Shown here: in pieces, positions 9,093-18,527 of the stretch
How the letters are laid out: each line of letters starts with the position of its first letter
Numbering within the stretch: position 1 is the stretch's first letter
DNA from: Alphaproteobacteria bacterium UBA3650
GTDB lineage: Bacteria; Pseudomonadota; Alphaproteobacteria; CAAHEQ01; UBA3637
Direction: 5' to 3'
Assembly (NCBI GenBank): GCA_002373815.1
Contig: DFKH01000096.1
Location: 1-43,433, forward strand
Length of the DNA stretch: 43,433 bases
Notes under the pieces: generated by a model
The model's input: only the letters and a program-made list of their open reading frames with translations
Database searches by the model: none
What the model was told of the DNA's origin: nothing
Translations under genes and position numbers: made by a program

Positions 9093-11353
9093 AAACAGTA
9101 AAATATACACTTCTTGCAGCAGTCAGTTTGTTTGCTTTTCATGTACAAGCGGAAACTTTGAAAAATATGCGTATTCAGGGAACTCGACGCATTGAAGATG
9201 CAACAATTACCAATTACACAGGGATGAGAATTGGACAAGATGTATCAGCAGGTGATTTAGATCGGGCAACAAAAACATTGTTTGCAACGGGGCTTTTTTC
9301 AAACGTTGATATTCAGATGAACAATGGCATAGCTACTATCAAAGTGGAAGAAAATCCTATCGTTCATGAAGTGTTTTTTGAAGGCAACAAAGCATTGGAT
9401 GACGATGTTTTAAAAACAGAAGTTCAAATGAAACCACGATCCGTTTATACAAAAACAAAAGTACAAAAGGATGCCGATCGTTTATTGTCAGTTTATAAAA
9501 GAAACGGTCGTTTTGCCGCCACAATTGAGCCCAAAATTATTAAAAAAGATCAAAATCGTGTCGATGTGATTTTTGAAATTAACGAAGGAGGTAAAGCTTT
9601 TGTACGAGACATCAACTTTGTGGGAAATAATGCCTTCTCTGAAAACACACTCGAGGGCAAAATGATGACTCAAGAAAAAGCTTGGTATCGTTTCTTATCG
9701 AATACAGACACCTATGATTCCGAACGCTTTAAATATGATCAAGAACTATTGCGCCGTTTTTATTTCGAACATGGTTATCTGGACTTTAAAATCACAGACG
9801 CTATGTCTGAATTAACACCAGATAAAGAAGGCTTTATTTTGACAATCAAAATGGATGAAGGAGAACCTTATCGTGTTGGAAAACAAGATTTACAGGTCAC
9901 ATTACCAGATTACAAAGACAATTTGAAATTGGAAAAATATCTGGAATTAGATGAAGGGGATGTTTTAGACATCACAAAAGTTGAAAAAACTGTGGATGAA
10001 TTGACAGAAAAATTGTTGAATGACGGATATGCATTTGTCAATGTAGAACCTGATATTGTCCCCAATACAAAAGATCATACAGCAACGGTTGTTTATCGGG
10101 TAACAGAAGGCGACAAAATTTTCATTCGCCGTATCAATATCAAGGGAAACACCAGAACACAAGACAAAGTTATTCGTCGCGAATTCCGTATTAAGGAAGG
10201 GGATGCTTACAACGCCAGTTTACTCCGTCGTTCCAAGCAAAATGTATCTGATTTAGATTACTTTTCCAATGTGGAAATGACGACATCTCCTGTTCCAATG
10301 AATCCATCATTGGCTGATGTAGATATGTCTGTAACAGAAAAATCAACAGGCGCTTTTAACATTGGCATTGGGTGGTCTTCCTATGATGGCATGATGTTTG
10401 AAACAGGTATTCAAGAACGTAACATCTTGGGTACAGGAAAGATGGCCAGTTTTAATGTTATGCTCAGCCAACGTGAAACACAATATATGATTGGCCTCAC
10501 AGACCCGTATTTCTTGGGCTATAATATGTCAGCAGGTATCGATTTATATCATACAACCAGAGATAATGAAGATTCGTCGTCTTACAGTTATAAAACCATT
10601 GGTGGAACGGTTCACCTTGGTTGGAATTATACCGATGCTTTACGTCAGGTAGTCCGCTACACATTAAAACAAGACAACATTTATGATATTGATAGCGATG
10701 CCGCTTTATCTATTAAAGAACAAAAGGGCAAAACTGTTGTTTCTATGATTGGACAAGATTTAATCTATGATAAACGTGACAGCCGCATTAATCCGACAAC
10801 AGGTTACTATACCTCATTTAGTACGGATCTGGCAGGCTTAGGCGGGGACACAAAATTCTTCCGTATTGATGCAACTGCCATCAAATATTTCCCTGTGATA
10901 GAAGACGTTGTCTTTTCTTTGCGAGCCGATGGTGGCTATATATGGGGCATTGGAGGCAAAGACCTACGCATCAACGACCGTTACTTCTTAGGTGACAGAA
11001 GTTTGCGTGGCTTTGAATATGGTGGCGTTGGCGCCAGAGATAAGGCCTCCGATGACGCTTTAGGCGGTGATTGGTATGCAACCGCCAGCGCAGAATTGAC
11101 CTTCCCAATTGGATTACCAAAAGAAATGGGAATTAAAGGAAAACTCTTTACAGACGCAGGTTTAATCGGAAAGCCAGATGATTACGACGCTAAAACAATG
11201 GAGTATTCAAACCGTTTACGCGCGGCCGTTGGAACTGGTATCGAATGGGCCTCACCAATGGGTGTAATCAACTTTGACTTTTCATATGCCTTCGCAAAAG
11301 AAGACTATGATAAAACACGTGTTTTCCGTTTGAACTTCGGAAAAGGATTTTAA
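9089..11353 (+). CDS. bamA: Outer membrane protein assembly factor BamA
   Basis: Signal peptide, POTRA-like repeats, a C-terminal beta-barrel ending in a terminal F, and conserved rseP-bamA-skp synteny. ATGA overlap with rseP. Confidence 0.9.
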   Translation: MKTVKYTLLAAVSLFAFHVQAETLKNMRIQGTRRIEDATITNYTGMRIGQDVSAGDLDRATKTLFATGLFSNVDIQMNNGIATIKVEENPIVHEVFFEGNKALDDDVLKTEVQMKPRSVYTKTKVQKDADRLLSVYKRNGRFAATIEPKIIKKDQNRVDVIFEINEGGKAFVRDINFVGNNAFSENTLEGKMMTQEKAWYRFLSNTDTYDSERFKYDQELLRRFYFEHGYLDFKITDAMSELTPDKEGFILTIKMDEGEPYRVGKQDLQVTLPDYKDNLKLEKYLELDEGDVLDITKVEKTVDELTEKLLNDGYAFVNVEPDIVPNTKDHTATVVYRVTEGDKIFIRRINIKGNTRTQDKVIRREFRIKEGDAYNASLLRRSKQNVSDLDYFSNVEMTTSPVPMNPSLADVDMSVTEKSTGAFNIGIGWSSYDGMMFETGIQERNILGTGKMASFNVMLSQRETQYMIGLTDPYFLGYNMSAGIDLYHTTRDNEDSSSYSYKTIGGTVHLGWNYTDALRQVVRYTLKQDNIYDIDSDAALSIKEQKGKTVVSMIGQDLIYDKRDSRINPTTGYYTSFSTDLAGLGGDTKFFRIDATAIKYFPVIEDVVFSLRADGGYIWGIGGKDLRINDRYFLGDRSLRGFEYGGVGARDKASDDALGGDWYATASAELTFPIGLPKEMGIKGKLFTDAGLIGKPDDYDAKTMEYSNRLRAAVGTGIEWASPMGVINFDFSYAFAKEDYDKTRVFRLNFGKGF

Positions 11354-11381
11354 TTTAATAAATAAACTGAAAGGATAAAAC

Positions 11382-11948
11382 ATGAAAAAAAACAACAAAA
11401 CAATTACCGCTATCGTTGGCGTAGCGACCGTAGCATTATTAGCCTATGGCGCATATAAAGTAACACGTCCTCAAGTAGGCATCATCAATTTTCAAACAGT
11501 CCAACAAACAGCAAAAGCTTACGTTGCTGCCGCTGAACAACAAAAGAAATATGATGAACAAATTCAAGCCATCATTATGAAAGACAAAGACTTTATTCAA
11601 CTAGAGGCTGAAGGTAAAAAATTGGCAGAACAACAAAAAACAATGCCAAAAGAGGAATTTGAACACAAATCTAATGCCTTACAACAAAGAGCCTTAAAAA
11701 TCAATGAACGTTATCGTGCTTCATTTGAACGAAATGCAATGGCATCTCAATTGGCGTTAAAGGCCTTGGAAAAACAAATTGCTGAAGCCATTGAAGCAAC
11801 TTCTCAAAGAACAGGGGCTAAAGTTTTATTACCAGTCAATACAATCTTATATGCCTCTGAAAAGGCAGATTTTACAAAAGTATTTGTAGAAGAATTGGAT
11901 AAACGCGCACAAACTGTAAATTATCCAGATCCTGTGACTTTACAATAA
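11382..11948 (+). CDS. skp: OmpH/Skp-like periplasmic chaperone
   Basis: N-terminal anchor or signal, a coiled-coil-rich 188-aa protein, and the position between bamA and lpxD. Confidence 0.7.
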   Translation: MKKNNKTITAIVGVATVALLAYGAYKVTRPQVGIINFQTVQQTAKAYVAAAEQQKKYDEQIQAIIMKDKDFIQLEAEGKKLAEQQKTMPKEEFEHKSNALQQRALKINERYRASFERNAMASQLALKALEKQIAEAIEATSQRTGAKVLLPVNTILYASEKADFTKVFVEELDKRAQTVNYPDPVTLQ

Positions 11949-11957
11949 GGAGACAAA

Positions 11958-13037
11958 ATGGCTGATACACGCTTTTTTCAAAAAAAACAGGGGGGATTGA
12001 GTTTAGCTGACATTGCCGCTTGTGGTGAAATTGTTTTGCCAGAAGGCATTGATGCAACAAAGGTCTTTGATGATGTGGCCGACTTGGAAAATGCCACAGA
12101 AAAAGATGTATCATGGGCTTTTATTCCCTCTGTGCGTGATCAGTTAAAAGTCACAAAAGCGGGGGCAGTAATCGTCCCTGAAAACTTTAAAGACTTGGTA
12201 CCAGAAGGAACAATTGCTCTTGTATCCAAAGATGCCCATCGTTCTTATGGTTTGGTAGCTTCTGCCTTTTATCCAAATGTAGTGGAACCATTTATTTCGC
12301 CCGATGCCCATATTGACCCTACTGCTCAATTGGGGGATGGCTGTCGTGTAGAAGCAGGCGCTGTTATTGGTAAAAATGTCAAGCTTGGTCCTATGTGTCA
12401 TATCCGTGCCAACGCTGTTGTTGAAGACGGCGTGGAAATGGGGCCTATGTGTATCGTAGGGGCAAATGCCACAGTATCACATTGTATTGCTGGGGCAAAG
12501 GTTTATATCTATCCCGGCGCACAAGTCGGCCAAGATGGATTTGGTTTTGCGATGAGTCCCGAAAAAGGACCACAAAAATGTCCACAGTTGGGACGAGTGA
12601 TTATCGGTAATGATGTGGAAATTGGCTCTTGTACAACGGTGGATCGTGGAGCAATGGGAGATACAGTAATTGGTGCTGGTTGTCGCATTGATAACCTGTG
12701 TCAAATTGCCCATAATGTCAAACTAGGACGCTGTTGTGTCATTGTAGCACAAAACGGTATTGCAGGCAGCTGTGAATTTGGTGATTTTGTGGTATCGGGT
12801 GGTCAGGCCGGTTATGCGGGGCACCTGAAAATTGGTAGTGGGGTTCAAGTTGCAGCAAAAGCAGGCGTTATTGGAAACGTTGAACCGATGAAAAAATTGA
12901 TGGGGTCACCTGCGCAAGAAGGTCACGAGTATATGCGCCAAGTAGTGGCTTTACGTGGACTTACCAAAAAGAAATCTGAACAAGTTAAAGCGGATGCAAA
13001 AATTTGGTTTTGGAAAAAGTTTATCAAGAAAGGCTAA
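11958..13037 (+). CDS. lpxD: UDP-3-O-acylglucosamine N-acyltransferase
   Basis: Left-handed beta-helix hexapeptide repeats, an LpxD-type N-terminal domain, and synteny. Confidence 0.9.
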   Translation: MADTRFFQKKQGGLSLADIAACGEIVLPEGIDATKVFDDVADLENATEKDVSWAFIPSVRDQLKVTKAGAVIVPENFKDLVPEGTIALVSKDAHRSYGLVASAFYPNVVEPFISPDAHIDPTAQLGDGCRVEAGAVIGKNVKLGPMCHIRANAVVEDGVEMGPMCIVGANATVSHCIAGAKVYIYPGAQVGQDGFGFAMSPEKGPQKCPQLGRVIIGNDVEIGSCTTVDRGAMGDTVIGAGCRIDNLCQIAHNVKLGRCCVIVAQNGIAGSCEFGDFVVSGGQAGYAGHLKIGSGVQVAAKAGVIGNVEPMKKLMGSPAQEGHEYMRQVVALRGLTKKKSEQVKADAKIWFWKKFIKKG

Positions 13038-13040
13038 ATT

Positions 13041-13829
13041 ATGACAAAAATTCATCCATTAAGTATTGTTGATTCCAAGGCAGAATTAGCTGATGACGTT
13101 GAAGTTGGCCCTTTCTGTACAATTGGTCCACAGGTGAAAATTGGGGCTGGGACTCGCCTTATGTCTCACAACGTCATTGATGGCGACACCGAAATTGGCT
13201 CAGGAAATACATTGTATCCCTTTGCTTCTTTAGGACTTCCGTGTCAACATAAACGTAACAAAGCCACTGATACAAAATTAGTGGTGGGGAATGATAACAT
13301 TTTCCGCGAGCATTTTACTGCCCATACAGGATCTGATGTGGATAAAAAAATTACTATCATTGGATCACGCAACTGGTTTTTAGTGGGATCCCACGTTGCG
13401 CACGATTGCATTGTCGGTGATGATATTGTCATGAGTAATAATGCAGGCCTTGCGGGTCACGTGATCGTTGAAAATCGTGCAATTATTGGAGCTATGGCGG
13501 GTGTCTTGCAATTTACACGAATTGGAGAAGGCGCTATGATTGGTGGCATGTGTGGTGTCCCAAAAGACGTGATTCCATTTGGTATCGTAATGAAAGATGG
13601 GTTGGCTGGGTTAAATCTAGTCGGATTACAACGCGCAGGTGTGGATAAAGCACTGGTCATGGAATTACAGAAAGCCTTTAAAGAATTATTCTTATCTGAG
13701 GAAGGTGTATTCGGCGATAGATTGGCAAAAATGATTACTGAAAACAGCCAAAATCCACTCATTCAAAAGGTTTTAGCGTTCTGTCAAAATCCATCCAAAA
13801 ACGGCATTTTACATCCTGAAAGGAAATAA
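13041..13829 (+). CDS. lpxA: UDP-N-acetylglucosamine O-acyltransferase
   Basis: MTKIHPLSIVD N-terminus, hexapeptide repeats, and a 262-aa length typical of LpxA. Confidence 0.9.
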   Translation: MTKIHPLSIVDSKAELADDVEVGPFCTIGPQVKIGAGTRLMSHNVIDGDTEIGSGNTLYPFASLGLPCQHKRNKATDTKLVVGNDNIFREHFTAHTGSDVDKKITIIGSRNWFLVGSHVAHDCIVGDDIVMSNNAGLAGHVIVENRAIIGAMAGVLQFTRIGEGAMIGGMCGVPKDVIPFGIVMKDGLAGLNLVGLQRAGVDKALVMELQKAFKELFLSEEGVFGDRLAKMITENSQNPLIQKVLAFCQNPSKNGILHPERK

Positions 13830-13831
13830 AA

Positions 13832-14650
13832 ATGAAAAAATTGGGGATTATTGCTGGTGCTGGGGCTTTACCAATTTGCTTGGTGCAGGCCTGTGAGCAA
13901 ATGAAACGCCCCTATTTTGTGGTGGGATTAAAAGATTGTTTAAAAAAAGACGCCTTGCCAAAGGGAACACCTCTTTCTTGGATTCGGTTAGGCGCTTTGG
14001 GTAAAGGATTAAAGCTTTTAAAGAAAAACAACGTAGAAGAGGTCGTGATGATTGGCGCCGTTAAACGCCCCTCTTTCGTTGGTCTTTGGCCCGATTGGAA
14101 ATGTTTCAAAATGCTATTAAAGCATGGGAAAAAAGCTTTAGGTGATGATGCTCTTTTAAAAATTTTGATTCAAGAAATTGAAAAAGAAGGATTCAAGGTT
14201 GTGGGTATTGATGAAATTTTACCTCATCTATTGGTTAAAAAAGGCGTTTATGGACGTATGATTCCAACAGAACAAGATACCTCTGACATCAAACGTGGCG
14301 TCCAAGTGGCGCGAAAACTAGGAGAAGCAGACGTAGGACAAGCAGTCATTGTTCAACAAGGCCTTGTCTTAGCGGTAGAGGGAATTGAAGGCACAGACGC
14401 TTTAATTCATCGTTCAAAGGCGTTACGACGCAAAGGCGGGCGCGGCGTGTTGGTAAAAGCCGCAAAACCACAACAAGATCGACGGGCAGATTTGCCCACA
14501 ATTGGCCCAAATACAGTGCAATCTGTTGCCGAAGCGGGGCTGGCAGGCATTGCTGTTCAAGCCGATTCTGTACTATTCAGCGAATCTGAAAAAGCAATTA
14601 AATTAGCTAATCAATTGGGTGTCTTTATTATTGGGGTAGAAATAAAATGA
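13832..14650 (+). CDS. lpxI: UDP-2,3-diacylglucosamine pyrophosphatase LpxI (DUF1009)
   Basis: N-terminal LGIIAGAGALP and C-terminal RRADLPTIGPNTV motifs. The gene sits between lpxA and lpxB, as in alphaproteobacteria. Confidence 0.8.
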   Translation: MKKLGIIAGAGALPICLVQACEQMKRPYFVVGLKDCLKKDALPKGTPLSWIRLGALGKGLKLLKKNNVEEVVMIGAVKRPSFVGLWPDWKCFKMLLKHGKKALGDDALLKILIQEIEKEGFKVVGIDEILPHLLVKKGVYGRMIPTEQDTSDIKRGVQVARKLGEADVGQAVIVQQGLVLAVEGIEGTDALIHRSKALRRKGGRGVLVKAAKPQQDRRADLPTIGPNTVQSVAEAGLAGIAVQADSVLFSESEKAIKLANQLGVFIIGVEIK

Positions 14651-15780
14651 CCTTTAAAGTGTATTTAATTGCGGGAGAACCATCTGGCGACATTTTGGGC
14701 GCCCGCGTCATACATGCTTTAAAAGAAAAAGTACCGGATAGCCAAGTTTTTGGTGTTGGTGGCGAAAGTATGCAAGCAGAAGGATTAAAATCTTTATTTG
14801 ATATCAAAGATTTAGCCGTTATGGGGTTGTTTGAAGTCCTACCAAAACTGCCTAAGATTTTAAAACATTTTAAAGAAATTCAAAAAGATATTGAGCAAAA
14901 AAAACCAGATATTATTATGACAATTGACAGTTATTCATTTTCTGCTCGAGTTCATAAAATGTTGAAAAAAAGTGGGTGTAACATTCCTCATGTTCATTTA
15001 GTAGCCCCCCAAGTTTGGGCATGGAACAAAGGCAGAGCCAAAACAGTTGGACACTTCATCGATCATTTATTTTGTTTATTACCAAATGAACCAAAATATT
15101 TTGCGCCTTATGGTATGCCAGCCACCTTTGTAGGACATCCTGTGATTGAAAGTGGGGCAGATAAAGGCGATGCAAACGCTTTTCGCGAAAAATATAACAT
15201 TTCAAATGATAAAAAAATTGTATGCCTACTCCCAGGCAGCAGATCCAACGAAATCAAATATCTATTAAATGATTTTCTGCAAGTGGCTGATAACTTATTC
15301 GCCACAAATCCCAAATTATTCTTTGTCATTCCAACCGTCGCAACTGTACGTGACAAAATTGAAAAAAAATTAAAAAATTGGCAAACACCTCACCTCATTA
15401 TCAACGGAGAAAAAGAACGATATAATGCCTTTGCAGCGTCCTCTGTTGCTTTAGCAGCCAGTGGAACCGTCAGCCTTGAATTAGCTTTAGCGGGTGTACC
15501 ACACTTGATTGCCTATCGCATGAACAACCTAACCGCCGCTTTAGCAAGACGTATTTTGAAGATAAAATATGTCAATTTAATCAACCTTATTATGGATCAA
15601 CCCGTTATTCCCGAATTATTACAAGAAAAGTGTACTGTTGCAAACATGACACAAACAATACAACAATTATTAAAGGGCAACAGCCAGCACACAGATGAAG
15701 CCCTCATAAAGCTTGGCAAAGGAATATCGCCGTCAGAAAAAATCGCTGAAAGCCTCATAAAATTAGCGAGGAACACATGA
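14647..15780 (+). CDS. lpxB: Lipid-A-disaccharide synthase
   Basis: N-terminal IAGEPSGD motif, 377 aa, and ATGA overlap with lpxI. Confidence 0.9.
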   Translation: MTFKVYLIAGEPSGDILGARVIHALKEKVPDSQVFGVGGESMQAEGLKSLFDIKDLAVMGLFEVLPKLPKILKHFKEIQKDIEQKKPDIIMTIDSYSFSARVHKMLKKSGCNIPHVHLVAPQVWAWNKGRAKTVGHFIDHLFCLLPNEPKYFAPYGMPATFVGHPVIESGADKGDANAFREKYNISNDKKIVCLLPGSRSNEIKYLLNDFLQVADNLFATNPKLFFVIPTVATVRDKIEKKLKNWQTPHLIINGEKERYNAFAASSVALAASGTVSLELALAGVPHLIAYRMNNLTAALARRILKIKYVNLINLIMDQPVIPELLQEKCTVANMTQTIQQLLKGNSQHTDEALIKLGKGISPSEKIAESLIKLARNT

Positions 15781-16454
15781 CCGAAAGAACTCTTATTTAT
15801 CATTATCCATTATGTCCCTTTTGTCGTTTAGTACGTCTGGCGTTTTATGAAAAAGGGATTCCTCACGCATTGCTGACAGAAATTCCATGGGAAAGACGTC
15901 CTGCTTTTTTGGAAAAAAATCCTCTTGGAACTTTACCCATGATTGCAGAACCAGATGCGAATTTACTAAGTGGCGCTCATACAATTTGTGCCTATTTAAA
16001 TGAAACAAATCCAATGCCAGATTTAATCGGAGAAACACCTCGCGGTCGCGCCGAAGTAAGACGTTTAATGGAGTGGGTCAGTACCTCTTTTTATCCAGAT
16101 GTTGTGAAACCTATTTTGGATGAACGTGTTTATAAAGCACTTCAACACAAAGGCGTTCCAGATTCAAATGTTTTAAGGGCTGCCCGTAAAAATTATAACA
16201 TTTTAATGCCTTATTTAGATTGGATTGCCTCTCGTCGATCCTATTTAGGCGGACGACACATTTCCTATGCCGATTTAACCATGGCAGCCCAACTATCTGT
16301 TTTAGATTATTTAGGCGAATTAAATTGGACAAAATTGACAGACGCGAAAACGTGGTATGCAAAAATAAAATCGCGCGCTTCATTTAAATCTTTACTTCAA
16401 GATAAAGTTGGAGGTATAATGCCTGTAGAAAATTATACAAATCTGGATTTTTAA
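15777..16454 (+). CDS. Glutathione S-transferase family protein
   Basis: Thioredoxin-like N-terminus with CPFC and a GST C-terminal helical domain. ATGA overlap with lpxB. Confidence 0.65.
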   Translation: MTERTLIYHYPLCPFCRLVRLAFYEKGIPHALLTEIPWERRPAFLEKNPLGTLPMIAEPDANLLSGAHTICAYLNETNPMPDLIGETPRGRAEVRRLMEWVSTSFYPDVVKPILDERVYKALQHKGVPDSNVLRAARKNYNILMPYLDWIASRRSYLGGRHISYADLTMAAQLSVLDYLGELNWTKLTDAKTWYAKIKSRASFKSLLQDKVGGIMPVENYTNLDF

Positions 16455-16466
16455 GGGGAAAATCAG

Positions 16467-16877
16467 ATGAAAAAAGCTTTAATGATGCTTTTCCTATGTT
16501 GTCTTTCGGGGTGCCAAGCAATGGTTGGCGAGGAAGGTCAGAAAGTGTTTTATTGGGAACGCCCCAACACAGGGGTTGCTTGGTTTGCAAAAGATCATCG
16601 TGAATGTATGCAAGAAGCAGATTTATTTCCTTTTGAATGGCCCAGCATTCCTCTTTTTTCTGAAAAGCCACCAGTCTTAAACTTGCGTTTTGATAATGAT
16701 GCCCCCTCTGGTGTATGGGCGCAATTCGTACCTTATCCTGGAGCTCGCCCATTATATGTCAATTCTGCACAAGATGATTGGTCTGTCGATTACGATTCAT
16801 ACGAAGAATGCATGACCGCACGCCATTATCATCAACGTTTGCCAGCCACACAAAATCGTCAAGTATTTCCAATGTAA
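16467..16877 (+). CDS. Putative lipoprotein (136 aa)
   Basis: Signal peptide with the lipobox LSGC (MKKALMMLFLCCLSGC). No recognised domain. Confidence 0.5.
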   Translation: MKKALMMLFLCCLSGCQAMVGEEGQKVFYWERPNTGVAWFAKDHRECMQEADLFPFEWPSIPLFSEKPPVLNLRFDNDAPSGVWAQFVPYPGARPLYVNSAQDDWSVDYDSYEECMTARHYHQRLPATQNRQVFPM

Positions 16878-16886
16878 GGAGAATAT

Positions 16887-18026
16887 ATGAAAACAATTAT
16901 GCAAATTTTACCTTCTTTAAAACAAGGCGGTGTTGAGGTTGGGACGATTGAAATTGCAACAGCTCTTCAAAATGCACATATGCCAAATATCGTGGTATCT
17001 TCGGGCGGACCAATGGTTGCACAATTAGAAAAAATAGGCGTCAAACACATTACTTTACCTGTTCAAACAAAAAATCCCTTTAAGATATGGAAAAATGCTA
17101 AGAAATTAGCACAAATAGCCAAAGAAAACGACGTGGGATTGATGCATGTCCGATCACGCGCACCGGCGTGGTCTGTGTGGTTGGCTTCAAAAAGAACAGG
17201 CATTCCGTTCATTGCTTCCTATCATGGTATCTATGGAATCAAACCAGCCATCAAAAAAATATACAATAGTGGTATGTTAAAAGGCGTCTGCACAATCGCT
17301 GTTTCTAATTATGTCAAAAAACATTTGATGGATGTATACCACTATCCAGAAAATAAAATTCACGTTATTCATCGCGGAGCCGATTTAAATCGTTTTGATC
17401 CTAAAAAAATCACACAAAAACAGCTGGACGAATTTATTGAAAAAAATCAAATTTCTGTTGATAAACCCATCATTACATTGGTAGGACGCCTGTCAAAAAT
17501 AAAGGGACAACTTGAATTTTTGCAAGCCACTCAACAAATGAAACACACAGAAATAACCTGTCTTTTGGTGGGAGGTGAAGCAACACCAGAATATCAAAAA
17601 GAGCTGAATGACGCCATGCATACTTTACCAAAAGAAACAAACGTCAAAATCATATCTGTTCCAAGTGATAAAATTCCTCTTGTTTACATGTTATCCGATT
17701 TTGTTGTTTCCGCCAGAACAACACCAGAGGCATTTGGGCGCACGATAACTGAGGCTAATGCCATGCACAGAATTGTGATTGCCTTTAACCATGGGGGACC
17801 AACTGAAACAATTATAGACGGCAAAACGGGCTTTTTAACCCCTGCGAATGATATAAGGGCTCTTGCACAAACTTTGGATAAAGCACTGGATATGCCCCCT
17901 GCACAAAGAAAAAAGATGGAAGAAGCAGCGGCCCAAAATACCTATGAACACTTTTCCATTCAAACAATGTGTGATAAAACTTTAAAATTATATAAGGAGA
18001 TACTCAATGACAAAAAAACAACCTGA
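16887..18026 (+). CDS. Glycosyltransferase family 4 (GT-B, group 1)
   Basis: N-terminal GGVE motif, a C-terminal E-x7-E-like region (EAFGRTITEANAM), and 379 aa. Confidence 0.75.
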   Translation: MKTIMQILPSLKQGGVEVGTIEIATALQNAHMPNIVVSSGGPMVAQLEKIGVKHITLPVQTKNPFKIWKNAKKLAQIAKENDVGLMHVRSRAPAWSVWLASKRTGIPFIASYHGIYGIKPAIKKIYNSGMLKGVCTIAVSNYVKKHLMDVYHYPENKIHVIHRGADLNRFDPKKITQKQLDEFIEKNQISVDKPIITLVGRLSKIKGQLEFLQATQQMKHTEITCLLVGGEATPEYQKELNDAMHTLPKETNVKIISVPSDKIPLVYMLSDFVVSARTTPEAFGRTITEANAMHRIVIAFNHGGPTETIIDGKTGFLTPANDIRALAQTLDKALDMPPAQRKKMEEAAAQNTYEHFSIQTMCDKTLKLYKEILNDKKTT

Positions 18027-18345
18027 AGAAATAACACCCGCTCAAAAAGAAAAGATTACTCAGTTAGAAAAGCTCGCGGATCGTTTAGAACGCATGCGTG
18101 TGGGTGATTATGTCACCAATTTAAATAAAACATCTCGGTTGATTTGGTTAAATCTTGTCAGTGGTATCGCTCGTGGTGTCGGACTAACCATCGGTGCTAC
18201 ATTGGTGATTGCCATCATTTTTAAAATTATCAGCGCTTTAATCAGCTTAAATGTTCCTTATCTAAGTGAAATGATGCAAGAAGTACAAGATACCCTACAA
18301 AACAGATATCAGCCGGTTCATCAGCAAGCTAGACGTCCACGTTAA
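18007..18345 (+). CDS. Small membrane protein (112 aa), function unknown
   Basis: AAGGAG lies 8 nt upstream of the ATG. Two hydrophobic helices in the C-terminal half. It overlaps the GT4 gene by 20 nt. Confidence 0.5.
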   Translation: MTKKQPEEITPAQKEKITQLEKLADRLERMRVGDYVTNLNKTSRLIWLNLVSGIARGVGLTIGATLVIAIIFKIISALISLNVPYLSEMMQEVQDTLQNRYQPVHQQARRPR

Positions 18346-18524
18346 TAATTACCAAAATTCAGCAAATCTACAATGGCTTGAAGAACGTTCATAAGGCCAC
18401 TTAGAAAGGACATAAAAAAGTTTAAAACATATGTAGAGGCTGATTGGAATTGAACCGCCACACCTGATAAAAACATTGTAATAGGACTTAAAATAAAAGA
18501 AAAGAATTCTGAAATACCGTTCAT
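18342..18524 (-). CDS. 60-aa hydrophobic micro-protein translationally coupled to the upstream ATPase
   Basis: The ATG lies 3 nt after the ATPase stop, and a GGGAG Shine-Dalgarno overlaps that stop. There are two predicted TM segments with an internal FLSG repeat (TMFLSG and MSFLSG). Its stop overlaps the stop of the convergent gene at 18343-18345. Confidence 0.45.
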   Translation of the reverse strand: MNGISEFFSFILSPITMFLSGVAVQFQSASTYVLNFFMSFLSGLMNVLQAIVDLLNFGNY

Positions 18525-18527
18525 TTT

